Under the pieces are notes generated by a model that saw only the letters and a list, made by a program, of their open reading frames with translations, did no database searches and had not been told where the DNA came from. Both the position numbers and the translations under genes were made by a program. DNA of 64,000 nt. Source: Candidatus Magasanikbacteria bacterium RIFOXYC2_FULL_42_28. Its GTDB lineage: Bacteria > Patescibacteriota > Patescibacteriia > Magasanikbacterales > GWA2-37-8. Where the stretch lies: contig MFQZ01000001.1 of the NCBI GenBank assembly GCA_001784435.1, positions 82,340 to 146,339 on the forward strand, written 5' to 3'. Shown piece by piece: positions 10,243 through 20,846 of the stretch; the first letter of the stretch is position 1, and every line of letters starts with the position of its first letter.

Positions 10243-11120
10243 ACTTTATTGATTGACTCCGGCCAATTAATTTTATTTCGGGAAAAAGTAATCATGGGAA
10301 TATTGCCATAATAAGCGGCCCAGCCCCCGAAAGTGCTATTGGAACCAATTATCAAATTCGACCCAGCCAAGGCGTACAGATCCTCAATTTCCGTACCTGG
10401 TCCCAGCCGGTAGTTTAGACCATTGAATTGCGTCTTGTCAATCGCTCCATCGGAACAAAGCACGAAACAGGTTTCGGCCGAAAAATATTTTGAATTACGC
10501 AAATAATCGTCTAAAATTACCCTGACCTCTTGTGAGGTAAAATAGTATTGTCCGCCTAGCCAGCTTTGATAATCGCCTTGTCTAATATGAACGCCTACAA
10601 TATTTTTATATTCACTACGCAGATTTTTGAGAAAATCATCAACCCGATTCTTATATTTTTCTCGGGGAGAAAAAGCCAGTATAATTTGCTGACGATATTT
10701 TGTTAAAGCAACCGGATTTCTAAACAACCAGCCACAAAAATAGAAATGCCCGCCTTGGGCGGCATCTATTTTTTTTATAGTAGTGGCGTGAGTTGTCGCC
10801 ACAATGACACTCGGCGGTAGTAGAAATTCCTCGCTTTCAGCTCTAACTACTAGAGCGGGGTTAAGTAATTTAACTATAGTAGAATAGATAAAATACAACG
10901 CTTTGGTAAACTTAACGCCAAAAACCTTTAATAATTTAAAAAACAAAAAATTTACAAATTTATTGCTAATTTTAAAATCAAAATATTCGGCGTACCTAAA
11001 AAACGAATAATTTTCACATTCATAGCCCCGAGATAAGCAGTAGCCGTAAATACTGGCAAAATTCCAAAGTTGATTTGCCAGCCGACCGCCGTTATTTTGC
11101 AGGATTATTATTTTTTTCAT
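10239..11120 (-). CDS. GT11 alpha-1,2-fucosyltransferase-like
   Basis: GGRLANQ, VHIRQGDY, NSTFGGWAAY. Confidence 0.8.
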   Translation of the reverse strand: MKKIIILQNNGGRLANQLWNFASIYGYCLSRGYECENYSFFRYAEYFDFKISNKFVNFLFFKLLKVFGVKFTKALYFIYSTIVKLLNPALVVRAESEEFLLPPSVIVATTHATTIKKIDAAQGGHFYFCGWLFRNPVALTKYRQQIILAFSPREKYKNRVDDFLKNLRSEYKNIVGVHIRQGDYQSWLGGQYYFTSQEVRVILDDYLRNSKYFSAETCFVLCSDGAIDKTQFNGLNYRLGPGTEIEDLYALAGSNLIIGSNSTFGGWAAYYGNIPMITFSRNKINWPESINKV

Positions 11121-13413
11121 AATTTGTATTTAGCTCTACGCGCCCAATTATCCAACCAAAAGTTTTTGTTTCAAAACCGCGAGTGGGGTGTAAATTATAA
11201 ATTTTATACTCTAAATTCTGCTCAGAAATAAATTCGTATTTATCATCAAACGGCGAAAAAACGACGCCGGTAAAATTCGGCACTATGACAATGGTCCGAT
11301 CATTAACGCGCACATTTTCTCCGTAAGTAATGTCGGCCTTGTCCAGCAAACTTTTTATTGCTATATAATAATTATTATCTAATTTAGTAAGAGTGCAAAT
11401 TTTTTTACCGGATTGTTTTATTTCGTTTAACCAAATATTAAGTTCTAAAATGCCCTCCACCGACTGCGGCGAAAGCGACGTGCAGACCTGATCGTAGTCG
11501 CTAGAATTGGCATCCAAATAATCCAGCAATTTTGCGTCCGCCACACGGCTACCATAAAATCTAATTACATGAAAAGTTGACAAATACAAATTTCCGGCCA
11601 AAACAAGTGCGAGCAACCCCACCCAAAACTTTTTATTTTGGGAAAAATCAATTTTTGAAAATAATAAAATATAAAAAAACACCACCGGCACCGCCAAATA
11701 ACGGTCAGCTACCGATCCCCAGGGCAGATATATAGCAAAACTCGCTATGGACAACAAAATTAAAAAAACTACTCGCTGCTTATCCATTAAAAAATTAATC
11801 CCCTCTTTTCTTAGGTTAATGATAATACCTAGGAACGCAAAAACGACCAATAATATATTAAAATTCAGGATCTTTAAATAACCAAAGGATGTGCCAATCA
11901 AATTGCCCAAATTATAATCGCCAGCTACTGCGCCGGTTAATTTGGAATTTAAATAATAAATTAACAGCCAAACCAAGCTAACTAATAAATAACTAAAATT
12001 TAACAACTTGACTCCACGGCCGCTCCTTACCGCAAAGTCATACCCCAACAAAAGCGCGAATACTACTACGAGAAAAATATTCGTTTCCTTGGTTAAAAAT
12101 GATAATAGAAGGAAGAATGCCGACAGTAGCCAATACAACCAAACTTTTTTTTCTCCGAATTCTATAAATTTTAAAATTTTGTGATAAACAATAGTGAATG
12201 GTAGCAACAAAAGTACCGTAAGATGGTCTTGTGTTTCTAATTCGTAAAAATTAGTAATTATCGCACTAGAAGAGAGGATAAAAATTGTTCCCCAAATTGC
12301 CCTCGCGACGCTGGACATCGACTTTATAAGATAATAAGACAAAAACAGAATTATCACCAATTCTAAAAATCTTAAATAAATAAAACCAACCGCGGTAAAA
12401 TTAGCCAACTTGTATAGCGCTACGTAAAAAAACAAAGTAAACGGAATTAGCCGACCGCTGTGAGCCATAACCATCCCCCGCCAATCAAATAAACTTAACT
12501 TGTGCGCTTGGTTAAGATACCACGGATCGTCTAACAAACTAAAATTGGGATACAACAAATATGGCAAATAGGCCAGTGCGGCTAAAATAATTATTAATAA
12601 TAACGACAAATATTCTTTTCGCTTATTAAAACCGCCCTCCGAAAGCTTGGTTTGCTTTTGGTCCAAATCGCGATGTGCCCAATATATTCTACCTAGATCC
12701 CAAAGAGATTTAATGGCCTCCCTGCCGGCGTTAACACGTGAATCATCATCATTAATCCAACGCACGCCTATTTCGTTAACGCGGTAACCAAATTTTTTTG
12801 CCAAAAATAATACTTCAGTATCAAAAATCCAGCCGTTGATAAATGTCCTGGAAAAAATATCAGCAATCGCGGCGCGCGAAAATATCTTAAAGCCACAGCC
12901 AAAATCCTTAATTTTTAAGCCCGTGACAACCCTGGCTAAACCCGCGTAAATCTCCCCCATTTTTTGGCGATACCACGGTTGTTTTTTAATCAATACTGCC
13001 GTCTGGCCCTTTCGACTACCAATTATTATCGGCTCGCCGCGCATAATTAGCGGGTAACTCAAATTTAATTCGTCAAAAGAGGTGGACATATCGGCATCAA
13101 TCATCAAACAATAGTCACCCGTTGATTTTAGCATCCCCTGCCTGACCGCATAACCCTTGCCTTTATTATCATCGTAACTTATTAATCGGGCCACGCCTAC
13201 TTTGTTTTTTATATATTGCTCTATTAACACCGGGGTATCGTCCTGGCTCCCGTCATTAACAAAAATAATTTCCAAGTTATAATTTTGACTTTCACGCGCG
13301 ACAAAATCATCGACCGCGCGAAAGGTTGTTTGAATCCGCTCTTGCTCATTATAAACCGGAATAACTATGCTCAAATTTATTTTGACTTTTTGTCCGCCAC
13401 TATTTAACGACAT
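11092..13413 (-). CDS. Fusion: polyprenol-phosphate sugar synthase (GT2) plus multi-TM GT-C-like domain
   Basis: N-terminal VIPVYNE, NDGSQD, NKGKGYAV, DADMS, GCGFK; C-terminal many TM helices with LLDDPW loop and LSFLTKE motif. Confidence 0.75.
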   Translation of the reverse strand: MSLNSGGQKVKINLSIVIPVYNEQERIQTTFRAVDDFVARESQNYNLEIIFVNDGSQDDTPVLIEQYIKNKVGVARLISYDDNKGKGYAVRQGMLKSTGDYCLMIDADMSTSFDELNLSYPLIMRGEPIIIGSRKGQTAVLIKKQPWYRQKMGEIYAGLARVVTGLKIKDFGCGFKIFSRAAIADIFSRTFINGWIFDTEVLFLAKKFGYRVNEIGVRWINDDDSRVNAGREAIKSLWDLGRIYWAHRDLDQKQTKLSEGGFNKRKEYLSLLLIIILAALAYLPYLLYPNFSLLDDPWYLNQAHKLSLFDWRGMVMAHSGRLIPFTLFFYVALYKLANFTAVGFIYLRFLELVIILFLSYYLIKSMSSVARAIWGTIFILSSSAIITNFYELETQDHLTVLLLLPFTIVYHKILKFIEFGEKKVWLYWLLSAFFLLLSFLTKETNIFLVVVFALLLGYDFAVRSGRGVKLLNFSYLLVSLVWLLIYYLNSKLTGAVAGDYNLGNLIGTSFGYLKILNFNILLVVFAFLGIIINLRKEGINFLMDKQRVVFLILLSIASFAIYLPWGSVADRYLAVPVVFFYILLFSKIDFSQNKKFWVGLLALVLAGNLYLSTFHVIRFYGSRVADAKLLDYLDANSSDYDQVCTSLSPQSVEGILELNIWLNEIKQSGKKICTLTKLDNNYYIAIKSLLDKADITYGENVRVNDRTIVIVPNFTGVVFSPFDDKYEFISEQNLEYKIYNLHPTRGFETKTFGWIIGRVELNTNYEKNNNPAK

Positions 13414-15307
13414 ATATCAAACGTTCATTTTCATTATAAATAACTTCACCAATTTCCGGCATTAAATCGGAAAGTTTGATAATTTTTACGACCACCCTAT
13501 CGCGAAAATCGTTGGCCGAAGAATTATCACTATTATACCATTCTTTCATTAATTTATCCTGGGATGATTGACTAAAATCAATTATAAAATTTACCTCACT
13601 ATCTTTCAAAAATTTTTTGAAGCTGTCCGCGTCCAGCACATCCCTATCTTTTATATAATCATGCAAAGAAATAAAAACATTGCCATTATCAAGAAAAAAA
13701 TTGGTATCATCGCTCCATAACGGCAAAAATTTGGTACTATTGTAATTTTTATTAATGTATTCGCTTAAATAATAAATTCCTCCCATCCCTCTTTCGGAAT
13801 AAAACTGTCCTTTACCGGTAAGCCCAGCGACATAAGATAACTCGGCTTTTTTAACTTTAAAAAAATATCCTTCTTTGGCGCTAAATAGTACGCCCGCACC
13901 GGCAAGTATTATAATGATAAACAGCGCTCGTACAATTTTATTATCAAAAAATCTTTGATAATTATAATAAATTTTGCTCATTATATAACCAAAACAAATC
14001 ATTAGCGTGAGCAATCCGATCATAACGAACCTCTTTTGGTGGGAGATAAAAAAGAACCAAATAGCGAAATACCCTAAAACAAACATCAGGATATACCTAA
14101 ACATTTTATCTTTTCTAACCCACAAAAAACTCAATGGCAAAAGCAAAAAGGCCAACAAACTGGTGAGATAGTATTTGTCTTTAAAAAAAATAAAGGGAAA
14201 TAGTAAAAAATTTTTCAAAGTTCTTGGTCGAAATTCCTTAATTGCTATATTAGCAGTTTCAATTTGTTCATTGGAAAAACCGGGATGAGCAAAAATAAAG
14301 GGGTAAAAAGGATTTCCAAAAAGTATTAAATTTTTAATATACCAAAAACCCGAAAATAAAAGAGCGGGGATGGCAAAATATAAAAGATCTTTCAAAATAC
14401 TTTTTATATTCTTCTCGCTTGTAAACGATGTAAAAATTATAAAAGGTAAAATTAAAAGCAGGGCATACAAAGAAAGATATTTTATTGATAACGCCAAACC
14501 ATAAAGAATCCCGGCTCCCACCAACAAACTTCTATCTTTGCTCTTAGACCACATTATTACCAAAACTATGCTCGCAACTTGATAGGCAACCATACCGGCA
14601 TCAATATAGGCACTGGTTGCGTTAACAAAAATTTCATACAAAGAAAAAATAAAAATAATTAAAAATTGGGCGCTTAATTTACCAAACTGTTCTCTGGCAA
14701 AATAGTAAATAACTAACAAACCAGCCAATAATAATTGATAGTGGACTAAATTTATTAAAACATAATCGGACAAAATATATAACAACGAATACAGCGACTC
14801 TAAGAGAACTGGTGACGTCCCGTATAAATTTCCAGCCGTGCTGATGCCCACAATACCATTCTGTGATATCGCTATGGCTTCAGGAATATGGTAAGCAATG
14901 GCATCCGTCCGATGTGGCGGGATTAGAGCCGAGGTTAGATAAAAAAGAAAGAATAAAATAACAACAATAAAAAATAAAAGTTCTTTGGTGTCTAAGCTCT
15001 TCCATCCGACTACCGTGGATTTTATTTTTTTAAAAAGAGATACTACACTATCTCGGCTTAAAATTAAAATGGGGGCGGCCAAAATTAAAAAGGATGCCCT
15101 GTTAAGCGGAACAAAAAACGTCCAAATAACTGATAAATACCCCAGAATACCATAACCGAACAGAACAGGAACCCCAACTGACAATAAATTAATATTTTTA
15201 ACAACTTTAATTTTTTTAAACACAAAAAACCCTATACAATAAGCAACTACCAAGGTAAATAATGAGTATGCAAGCGGGATAAACAAATCTTGAAAAAAAT
15301 GTCCCAT
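13400..15307 (-). CDS. GT-C (ArnT/PMT-like) membrane glycosyltransferase
   Basis: Many TM helices; TDAIAYH, YIDA, ALSIKY, WYIKNLILFGNPFYP. Confidence 0.75.
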   Translation of the reverse strand: MGHFFQDLFIPLAYSLFTLVVAYCIGFFVFKKIKVVKNINLLSVGVPVLFGYGILGYLSVIWTFFVPLNRASFLILAAPILILSRDSVVSLFKKIKSTVVGWKSLDTKELLFFIVVILFFLFYLTSALIPPHRTDAIAYHIPEAIAISQNGIVGISTAGNLYGTSPVLLESLYSLLYILSDYVLINLVHYQLLLAGLLVIYYFAREQFGKLSAQFLIIFIFSLYEIFVNATSAYIDAGMVAYQVASIVLVIMWSKSKDRSLLVGAGILYGLALSIKYLSLYALLLILPFIIFTSFTSEKNIKSILKDLLYFAIPALLFSGFWYIKNLILFGNPFYPFIFAHPGFSNEQIETANIAIKEFRPRTLKNFLLFPFIFFKDKYYLTSLLAFLLLPLSFLWVRKDKMFRYILMFVLGYFAIWFFFISHQKRFVMIGLLTLMICFGYIMSKIYYNYQRFFDNKIVRALFIIIILAGAGVLFSAKEGYFFKVKKAELSYVAGLTGKGQFYSERGMGGIYYLSEYINKNYNSTKFLPLWSDDTNFFLDNGNVFISLHDYIKDRDVLDADSFKKFLKDSEVNFIIDFSQSSQDKLMKEWYNSDNSSANDFRDRVVVKIIKLSDLMPEIGEVIYNENERLIYVVK

Positions 15308-15313
15308 ATTTTG

Positions 15314-16006
15314 CTAACCTAAAACATTGAATTTAATTATTGACCATATCGCCGAAAAACCATCTTTCCAGCTAATTTTTTTGCCTTCCGCGTATGTTCG
15401 CCCGCTATAAGACACTCCCACCTCATAAATACGAAATCTTTTAACTCTGGCGGTAATCTCCGGCTCAATGCCAAAACGGCAAGAAACGAGCTTGTCTTTA
15501 ATGGAAACAACAACTTTACGATTCATTAACTTATAACAAGTCTCCATATCGGTTAGATTGAGATTGGTAAACAAGTTAGAAAGGACAGTTAAAAACTGAT
15601 TTCCCAAATAATGCCAGTAATACAACACGCGATGCGCACCAGTTCCCAAAAATCTAGAGCCATACACTACGTCCGCCTTGCCGTCTAAAATCGGTTTTAA
15701 CAACAAATTGTATTCTTCCGGGTCATATTCCATGTCCGCGTCTTGAATTATGGCATAATCACCCGTGGCTTCCTTAAATCCGGTTATCACTGCCCCGCCC
15801 TTGCCTTTGTTGCTTTGATGGAAAATCGCTTTTACACCATCCAAACCACTTACGATTTCTCGTGTGCCGTCCGTGGAACCGTCATCAACGATAATAATTT
15901 CTTTATTAATATTATTGACCAAATTAACCGCCTTAATTTTGGCGACGATTGCTTGAATGGTATTTTTTTCGTTATAGGCAGGAATGATAATAGAGAGGGT
16001 TGACAT
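15314..16006 (-). CDS. DPM1-like polyprenol-phosphate glycosyltransferase (GT2)
   Basis: [35 protein letters not shown]. Confidence 0.88.
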   Translation of the reverse strand: MSTLSIIIPAYNEKNTIQAIVAKIKAVNLVNNINKEIIIVDDGSTDGTREIVSGLDGVKAIFHQSNKGKGGAVITGFKEATGDYAIIQDADMEYDPEEYNLLLKPILDGKADVVYGSRFLGTGAHRVLYYWHYLGNQFLTVLSNLFTNLNLTDMETCYKLMNRKVVVSIKDKLVSCRFGIEPEITARVKRFRIYEVGVSYSGRTYAEGKKISWKDGFSAIWSIIKFNVLG

Positions 16007-16008
16007 AA

Positions 16009-16944
16009 CTATTTAGATAAAACTTTTTTATAAATATTTCTTACAAAATTAAATAAACCAACTTTTCTTAAACTCAACACAATAATCAAAAAAATAAAAT
16101 CTTTTATCTTTAATAAATACTTAATGTACACCTTTAGGGAAAAATTAGGCGGCAAATACTGCTTATTGAATTTGACTATGTAATTATAGTGGTGCCGCCA
16201 CAAACTACCCGCGTAAAAAAAGTTACGGATTGGGTTTTTGCGCACCCAGGAGGCGTTGTCGGCTCGGAACATTACTAGCGGCTCATCAATAACGAGCGTG
16301 GAAAAATCAATCTCTGAATAAAAAACTAAAGATGGTAACGGAAACATGTCTAAAGGCTTATTAAAAACATCAAATAAATGTTTGGTTTTGTCGTAATAAT
16401 TTTTCTTTAAAATCCAGTTTGAACAATACGTGGTGTAATAATCAATGTCATAGTAAAATTTATTGTTTAAATAGCGCCATAAATCCGCACGAGATTTTAG
16501 AACTATATCGCCACTCTCTTTAAATAAATTAGTTTGCAAAACGCGGTTATTCTCGACAAAACTGTCTATATTTAGCAACACTAAATCTGGTTGCTTTGCA
16601 CTTAATTTATTCATTATTTTTTTAAGCGAATCCGACTTCATCAAATCGTCATCCGAAAAGATCCATACATACTCCCCCGTTCCCAAAGTTGCGGCGTTAA
16701 CAATGCCGGACGCAATTTTTCTCGGCTCTGAATCTTTAACATAAAAGATGTTTGGATACCGTTGGCTAAAACTTTTAACAATCAACTCGGTATTATCAAT
16801 GCTTAAATTATCTAATATTTTTACCTCCACCTGCGAAGTTACGCTTGGATCGCTAAATTGCTTGGCAATACTAAGCAAGCACTCATTTAAATAGCTGGCG
16901 CGATTGAAGGTCGGAATACAGATGCTAATCACCGGCTTAGTCAT
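16009..16944 (-). CDS. GT2 glycosyltransferase
   Basis: [23 protein letters not shown]. Confidence 0.85.
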   Translation of the reverse strand: MTKPVISICIPTFNRASYLNECLLSIAKQFSDPSVTSQVEVKILDNLSIDNTELIVKSFSQRYPNIFYVKDSEPRKIASGIVNAATLGTGEYVWIFSDDDLMKSDSLKKIMNKLSAKQPDLVLLNIDSFVENNRVLQTNLFKESGDIVLKSRADLWRYLNNKFYYDIDYYTTYCSNWILKKNYYDKTKHLFDVFNKPLDMFPLPSLVFYSEIDFSTLVIDEPLVMFRADNASWVRKNPIRNFFYAGSLWRHHYNYIVKFNKQYLPPNFSLKVYIKYLLKIKDFIFLIIVLSLRKVGLFNFVRNIYKKVLSK

Positions 16945-17866
16945 AATATTGTTTTTGCAAGTCAGCGATTATTAAACTTATCATTTTATTAAAACTGGTT
17001 TTTGGCTTCCAGCCAGTGGCTTTGTGCAGTTTGCTGTAATCACCGACTAAAACCGCTTTTTGGCGCGTTAAAATATTTTTATTTTCTACCACGTATTTTG
17101 TCCAATCTAAGTTTAATTGTTTGAATGTTTCCTTTACGAATTGCCTAACAGTATGCTTTTTCCCGGTTGCTACAACAAAATCATCAGCTTTTTTACAGTT
17201 TAAAATTCGCCAAAAAGCTTCTACAAAATCTGGCGCGTAGCCCCAATCTACCGCTGCGGATAAATTTCCAACTTCCAACTTTTTTGCTTTGTTGGCTTTT
17301 ATCGCTAGTGCTGTTTTAATAATTTTTAGAGTAATAAATTTATCAGAGCGATACGCAGATTCGTGGTTAAATAAAATACCTACTGATGCGAAAATATTAT
17401 TTTGGTTGCGGTAAAATTTACATAAATTTAAGCCCTCCAGCTTAGTGCCACCGTATATGGTATTTGGATTAAATGGTGAGATTTCGGTTTGGCGTTCAGT
17501 TTTGGCACGTCCAAATAATAGACTAGAGGCCGCGTAAAATAATTTAGTTTTTGGAAAATATAATCTTATGCCCTCTAAAAAATAGAGTAAACCAAGCACA
17601 TTAACCTCATAACTTCTTTTTACCAAAACCTCATCTTTAATTGGTCTGTCTTGAGAGGAATGGTGAAAGGCGGCTAAATAATAAACTTCGGCAGGCTTAT
17701 TTTTTTTAATTAATTTATAAACTTGCGCTTTATTTAATAAATTAAAATTATCTTTATCCAAACCAATAACCTGGTAATTTTTATTTCGTAAAAAATTATG
17801 CAAAATCCGGCCATCTTGGCCGCTTGCTCCAGTAATAATTGCTAATTTTTGGTTAATTCTGACCAT
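16937..17866 (-). CDS. Gmd-like SDR lacking the dehydratase Glu
   Basis: TGASGQDG, YGGTK, LFNHES, DWGYAPD; AASSLLFG where Gmd has AGSSEMFG. Confidence 0.7.
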   Translation of the reverse strand: MVRINQKLAIITGASGQDGRILHNFLRNKNYQVIGLDKDNFNLLNKAQVYKLIKKNKPAEVYYLAAFHHSSQDRPIKDEVLVKRSYEVNVLGLLYFLEGIRLYFPKTKLFYAASSLLFGRAKTERQTEISPFNPNTIYGGTKLEGLNLCKFYRNQNNIFASVGILFNHESAYRSDKFITLKIIKTALAIKANKAKKLEVGNLSAAVDWGYAPDFVEAFWRILNCKKADDFVVATGKKHTVRQFVKETFKQLNLDWTKYVVENKNILTRQKAVLVGDYSKLHKATGWKPKTSFNKMISLIIADLQKQYYD

Positions 17867-17868
17867 AT

Positions 17869-19116
17869 CTAGATTATTTCCGGTTTTGGTAATGGAAAAA
17901 ATAAATGCCCACCATTGGCTAAATAATTCTTTTCACGATTAATTATATTAATCCGAAAGTGCCAAGGCAAAACCAAAAAATAATCTGGCTTTAACTCTTT
18001 GGCCTGTTTTTCGGAAATAATTGGTATATTGGCGCCTGGTGTTAAGCGCCCGAATTTATATTCATTTACTTCGGCGATACAGGGCAAATCCTTAATAGTT
18101 AAGCCGCAAAATTGTAAAATAACATTGCCCTTGGTAGAGGCACCATAGCCAAAAATTTTTTTGCCGGAACTGTTTATCTCGGCAATCATTTGTTTTAAAT
18201 TGTCGCGATGGTTTAAAATATTTTTAACAAAATCTTCATATATCTTGTCGGACCAAAACCCGGCGCTCTCTTCATCTTGAATAATTTTATTTATCACTTC
18301 TTCTTTTGTTGCAAAAACAGACTGGTTTTTAGCGGCTACTACGCGAAAACTGCCACCATTGGCATCGGAAAAAATAACATCAATAATTTTTAAGCCCGCC
18401 CGCTCTGCCATCCATTTAATTTGCCGCATGGCATAATACTCCAAGTGTTCGTGGCAAATTGTGTCGTAAGACACCAGCTTGATCATGGACGGCATGTAAC
18501 TTTGTTCAAATATCCATACACCTTCATCGTCTAACGTCCCTTCTATTTGTTTCATAAAATCTACGGGGTGTTCCAAATCATAAAACATGGCAATAGAGGT
18601 AATAATTTTAGCTTTTTTGGAAGTTAGTTGCTTAATATTAGCGGCCGAAAAAAAATCCGGAATGGCTGTAATGTTTTCAGAATAATATTTTCCGAATTTT
18701 TTTATCGTAGGGTCGATACCAATCAAATCTAGCCCCAAACTTACGGGGTATGAACGGAGTAATGTGCCGTCATTACTGGCAATATCAATTACCAGATCCC
18801 CTGCTTTAGGCCTCACCAACTCCAGCGCCTGCGCTGATATTTTGCCCAAATGATCAACCATGGACGAATTGAGGCCAGAGCGGTAACCATAATTATCACC
18901 ATAGAGCTTGACTAAGTCATAATTGTGTTTTAACTGGACCAGCCCGCAAGCCTCACTGGCACTACCGGCGCATCGCACCATTTCCAGAGGCCCGCTCTCT
19001 ACCTTTTCTCCCACGCCGGGAAAAACACCCGTTAAAGATAAATTTCCTAAATTAATAATAGGCAATAAATTTGTATTACCACAGATCCGACACTGTTTAA
19101 TTTCAGTATATAACAT
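17869..19116 (-). CDS. NDP-hexose C3-methyltransferase
   Basis: N-terminal CRICG zinc site, DIASNDG, HEHLEYY, YGASTKG, LPWHF. Confidence 0.85.
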   Translation of the reverse strand: MLYTEIKQCRICGNTNLLPIINLGNLSLTGVFPGVGEKVESGPLEMVRCAGSASEACGLVQLKHNYDLVKLYGDNYGYRSGLNSSMVDHLGKISAQALELVRPKAGDLVIDIASNDGTLLRSYPVSLGLDLIGIDPTIKKFGKYYSENITAIPDFFSAANIKQLTSKKAKIITSIAMFYDLEHPVDFMKQIEGTLDDEGVWIFEQSYMPSMIKLVSYDTICHEHLEYYAMRQIKWMAERAGLKIIDVIFSDANGGSFRVVAAKNQSVFATKEEVINKIIQDEESAGFWSDKIYEDFVKNILNHRDNLKQMIAEINSSGKKIFGYGASTKGNVILQFCGLTIKDLPCIAEVNEYKFGRLTPGANIPIISEKQAKELKPDYFLVLPWHFRINIINREKNYLANGGHLFFPLPKPEII

Positions 19117-19117
19117 A

Positions 19118-19939
19118 TTACTGGTTCTTTCTTAAAATTAATGAGACGTTCCCTAAATTTTTTGATTTGTCAAACCAGGCTGATTCATTTTCCAATAAAC
19201 AAAAACCGTAATAAAAATTCAAAAAAGCCATTCTAAATTTTTCTAAATATTTATTCTTCAAACGATTCCGCATTATTCTCGTCATTTCATTATAACTGCC
19301 GTCATGACGCTCCCAATAAATGTCTTTTGACACCACTGACGCACCATTAATTTGGCCTAACAAATTATTTAGCGCTTGCTCATCAAAACGATATTGAAAA
19401 AAAGTTTTTTTATTCATTTTATGCTGGTGCGAATATATATCTTGTTCGAGCCACTCTTCTTGATATTTATTTGATACCGGAAATGAAAGATAAATCACTC
19501 CTCCCGGCTTACAGACCCTTATCATCTCGGCAATTGCCTTATTGTACGCGTTGTAAATATGTTCAATAACGCTAATGGAATATACTAAATCAAATGTACT
19601 GTCGCTAAAAGTTAAATTTGTACCATCTTCTAATTTAAATTCAAAATTATTATTTGACTTAATATATAAATTTTCCGCCGGATTAATGTCGGTTTTTGTT
19701 ACTTTATTATTTTTGGATAATAAGTAAGCCATTATAAATGGCGAAGAAATATCCAGTGCCGAGCTATTTAGCGGAATAGGATTGGTTTTAAGGTATTTTA
19801 GCAAATAAGTAAATTCAGTATAACGAGTGCTGTCTATGGGGTTAATTAATGCCCCAAAAATATGGCGAAAATACAAATTCTGTAGACAAGAATACACATT
19901 AAAAATTAACTTTAATTTATTTAAAACAGTTATTTTCAT
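19118..19939 (-). CDS. Class I SAM-dependent methyltransferase
   Basis: FDLVYSISVIEHI, EMIRVCKPGG. Confidence 0.8.
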   Translation of the reverse strand: MKITVLNKLKLIFNVYSCLQNLYFRHIFGALINPIDSTRYTEFTYLLKYLKTNPIPLNSSALDISSPFIMAYLLSKNNKVTKTDINPAENLYIKSNNNFEFKLEDGTNLTFSDSTFDLVYSISVIEHIYNAYNKAIAEMIRVCKPGGVIYLSFPVSNKYQEEWLEQDIYSHQHKMNKKTFFQYRFDEQALNNLLGQINGASVVSKDIYWERHDGSYNEMTRIMRNRLKNKYLEKFRMAFLNFYYGFCLLENESAWFDKSKNLGNVSLILRKNQ

Positions 19940-20844
19940 CTTAGTAAAGATTTAATTTTATTAGTCAGCCGCTTAGTAAAGCCACGGTTCAATTCCTTGT
20001 TCATTTCTTTATATATAACATTCTCAAACTCACTAACTGCCAAACTATTTGGAAACTCAAATGTTAAATTAGTATTCTCAAAATTTGGCTGTTGGACTGG
20101 CCTTCCCTCTGGCTCGCAATTGGTACCACTGCCATCAAAACCGTCATTAAAAACAAAAGTTTTTGTTGGATGAACCGCCAATCCTTCATTTATAAACACA
20201 CTCAAATACCACAATATTCCCCAGGTATCTATTTTACCCAATACCTGGCTGGTTAAAAGCCCAAAATAATCATAACTATCGTTTAAATTAAATCTAAACC
20301 TCATTTTTTTGTCGCCTTTTAAATTTTCATATCCCCTTGGCATAACGCTAAACAAATTCCAAGCGCGTTTCCACGTCCCCCAACCCCAACCAGTTACAAA
20401 TGGCAGTATAAGCGCATCGTCGACAATGTTTAATTTAACATTATACATATAGCCAGATATTTGCATAATTTGATGATCATTCTGATATTTGTCTAAACCT
20501 GCGTTCATATAATTTAGAAAATTGGGCGCTACTACTAAATCATCCTCCAACACAACTACTTTATCGTATTGGTTAACTGTTTCTGTCACACCTTTAATAA
20601 TTGACTTTGATAATCCTACATTATTTTCACTCTCCACTATCATCACTTCTTTAAAACCAATTATTGTTTTCAAATAATTCCGCACCGCCACGACATCGTT
20701 TCTGACGCCCTCATTTTTTGGTCCGTCCGAATAAATAATTAATAAACTGTCTTTGGCTAAATTATTCCCAAGCAAAGATTCCACCATTTTTTGAGTATGT
20801 TTGGGGCGATTATAGACAAATAATACAATCGGCGCTAAATCCAT
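19936..20844 (-). CDS. GT-A sugar transferase
   Basis: APIVLFVYNRP, SDGPK, VLEDD, WGWGTW. Confidence 0.8.
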   Translation of the reverse strand: MDLAPIVLFVYNRPKHTQKMVESLLGNNLAKDSLLIIYSDGPKNEGVRNDVVAVRNYLKTIIGFKEVMIVESENNVGLSKSIIKGVTETVNQYDKVVVLEDDLVVAPNFLNYMNAGLDKYQNDHQIMQISGYMYNVKLNIVDDALILPFVTGWGWGTWKRAWNLFSVMPRGYENLKGDKKMRFRFNLNDSYDYFGLLTSQVLGKIDTWGILWYLSVFINEGLAVHPTKTFVFNDGFDGSGTNCEPEGRPVQQPNFENTNLTFEFPNSLAVSEFENVIYKEMNKELNRGFTKRLTNKIKSLLR

Positions 20845-20846
20845 AT

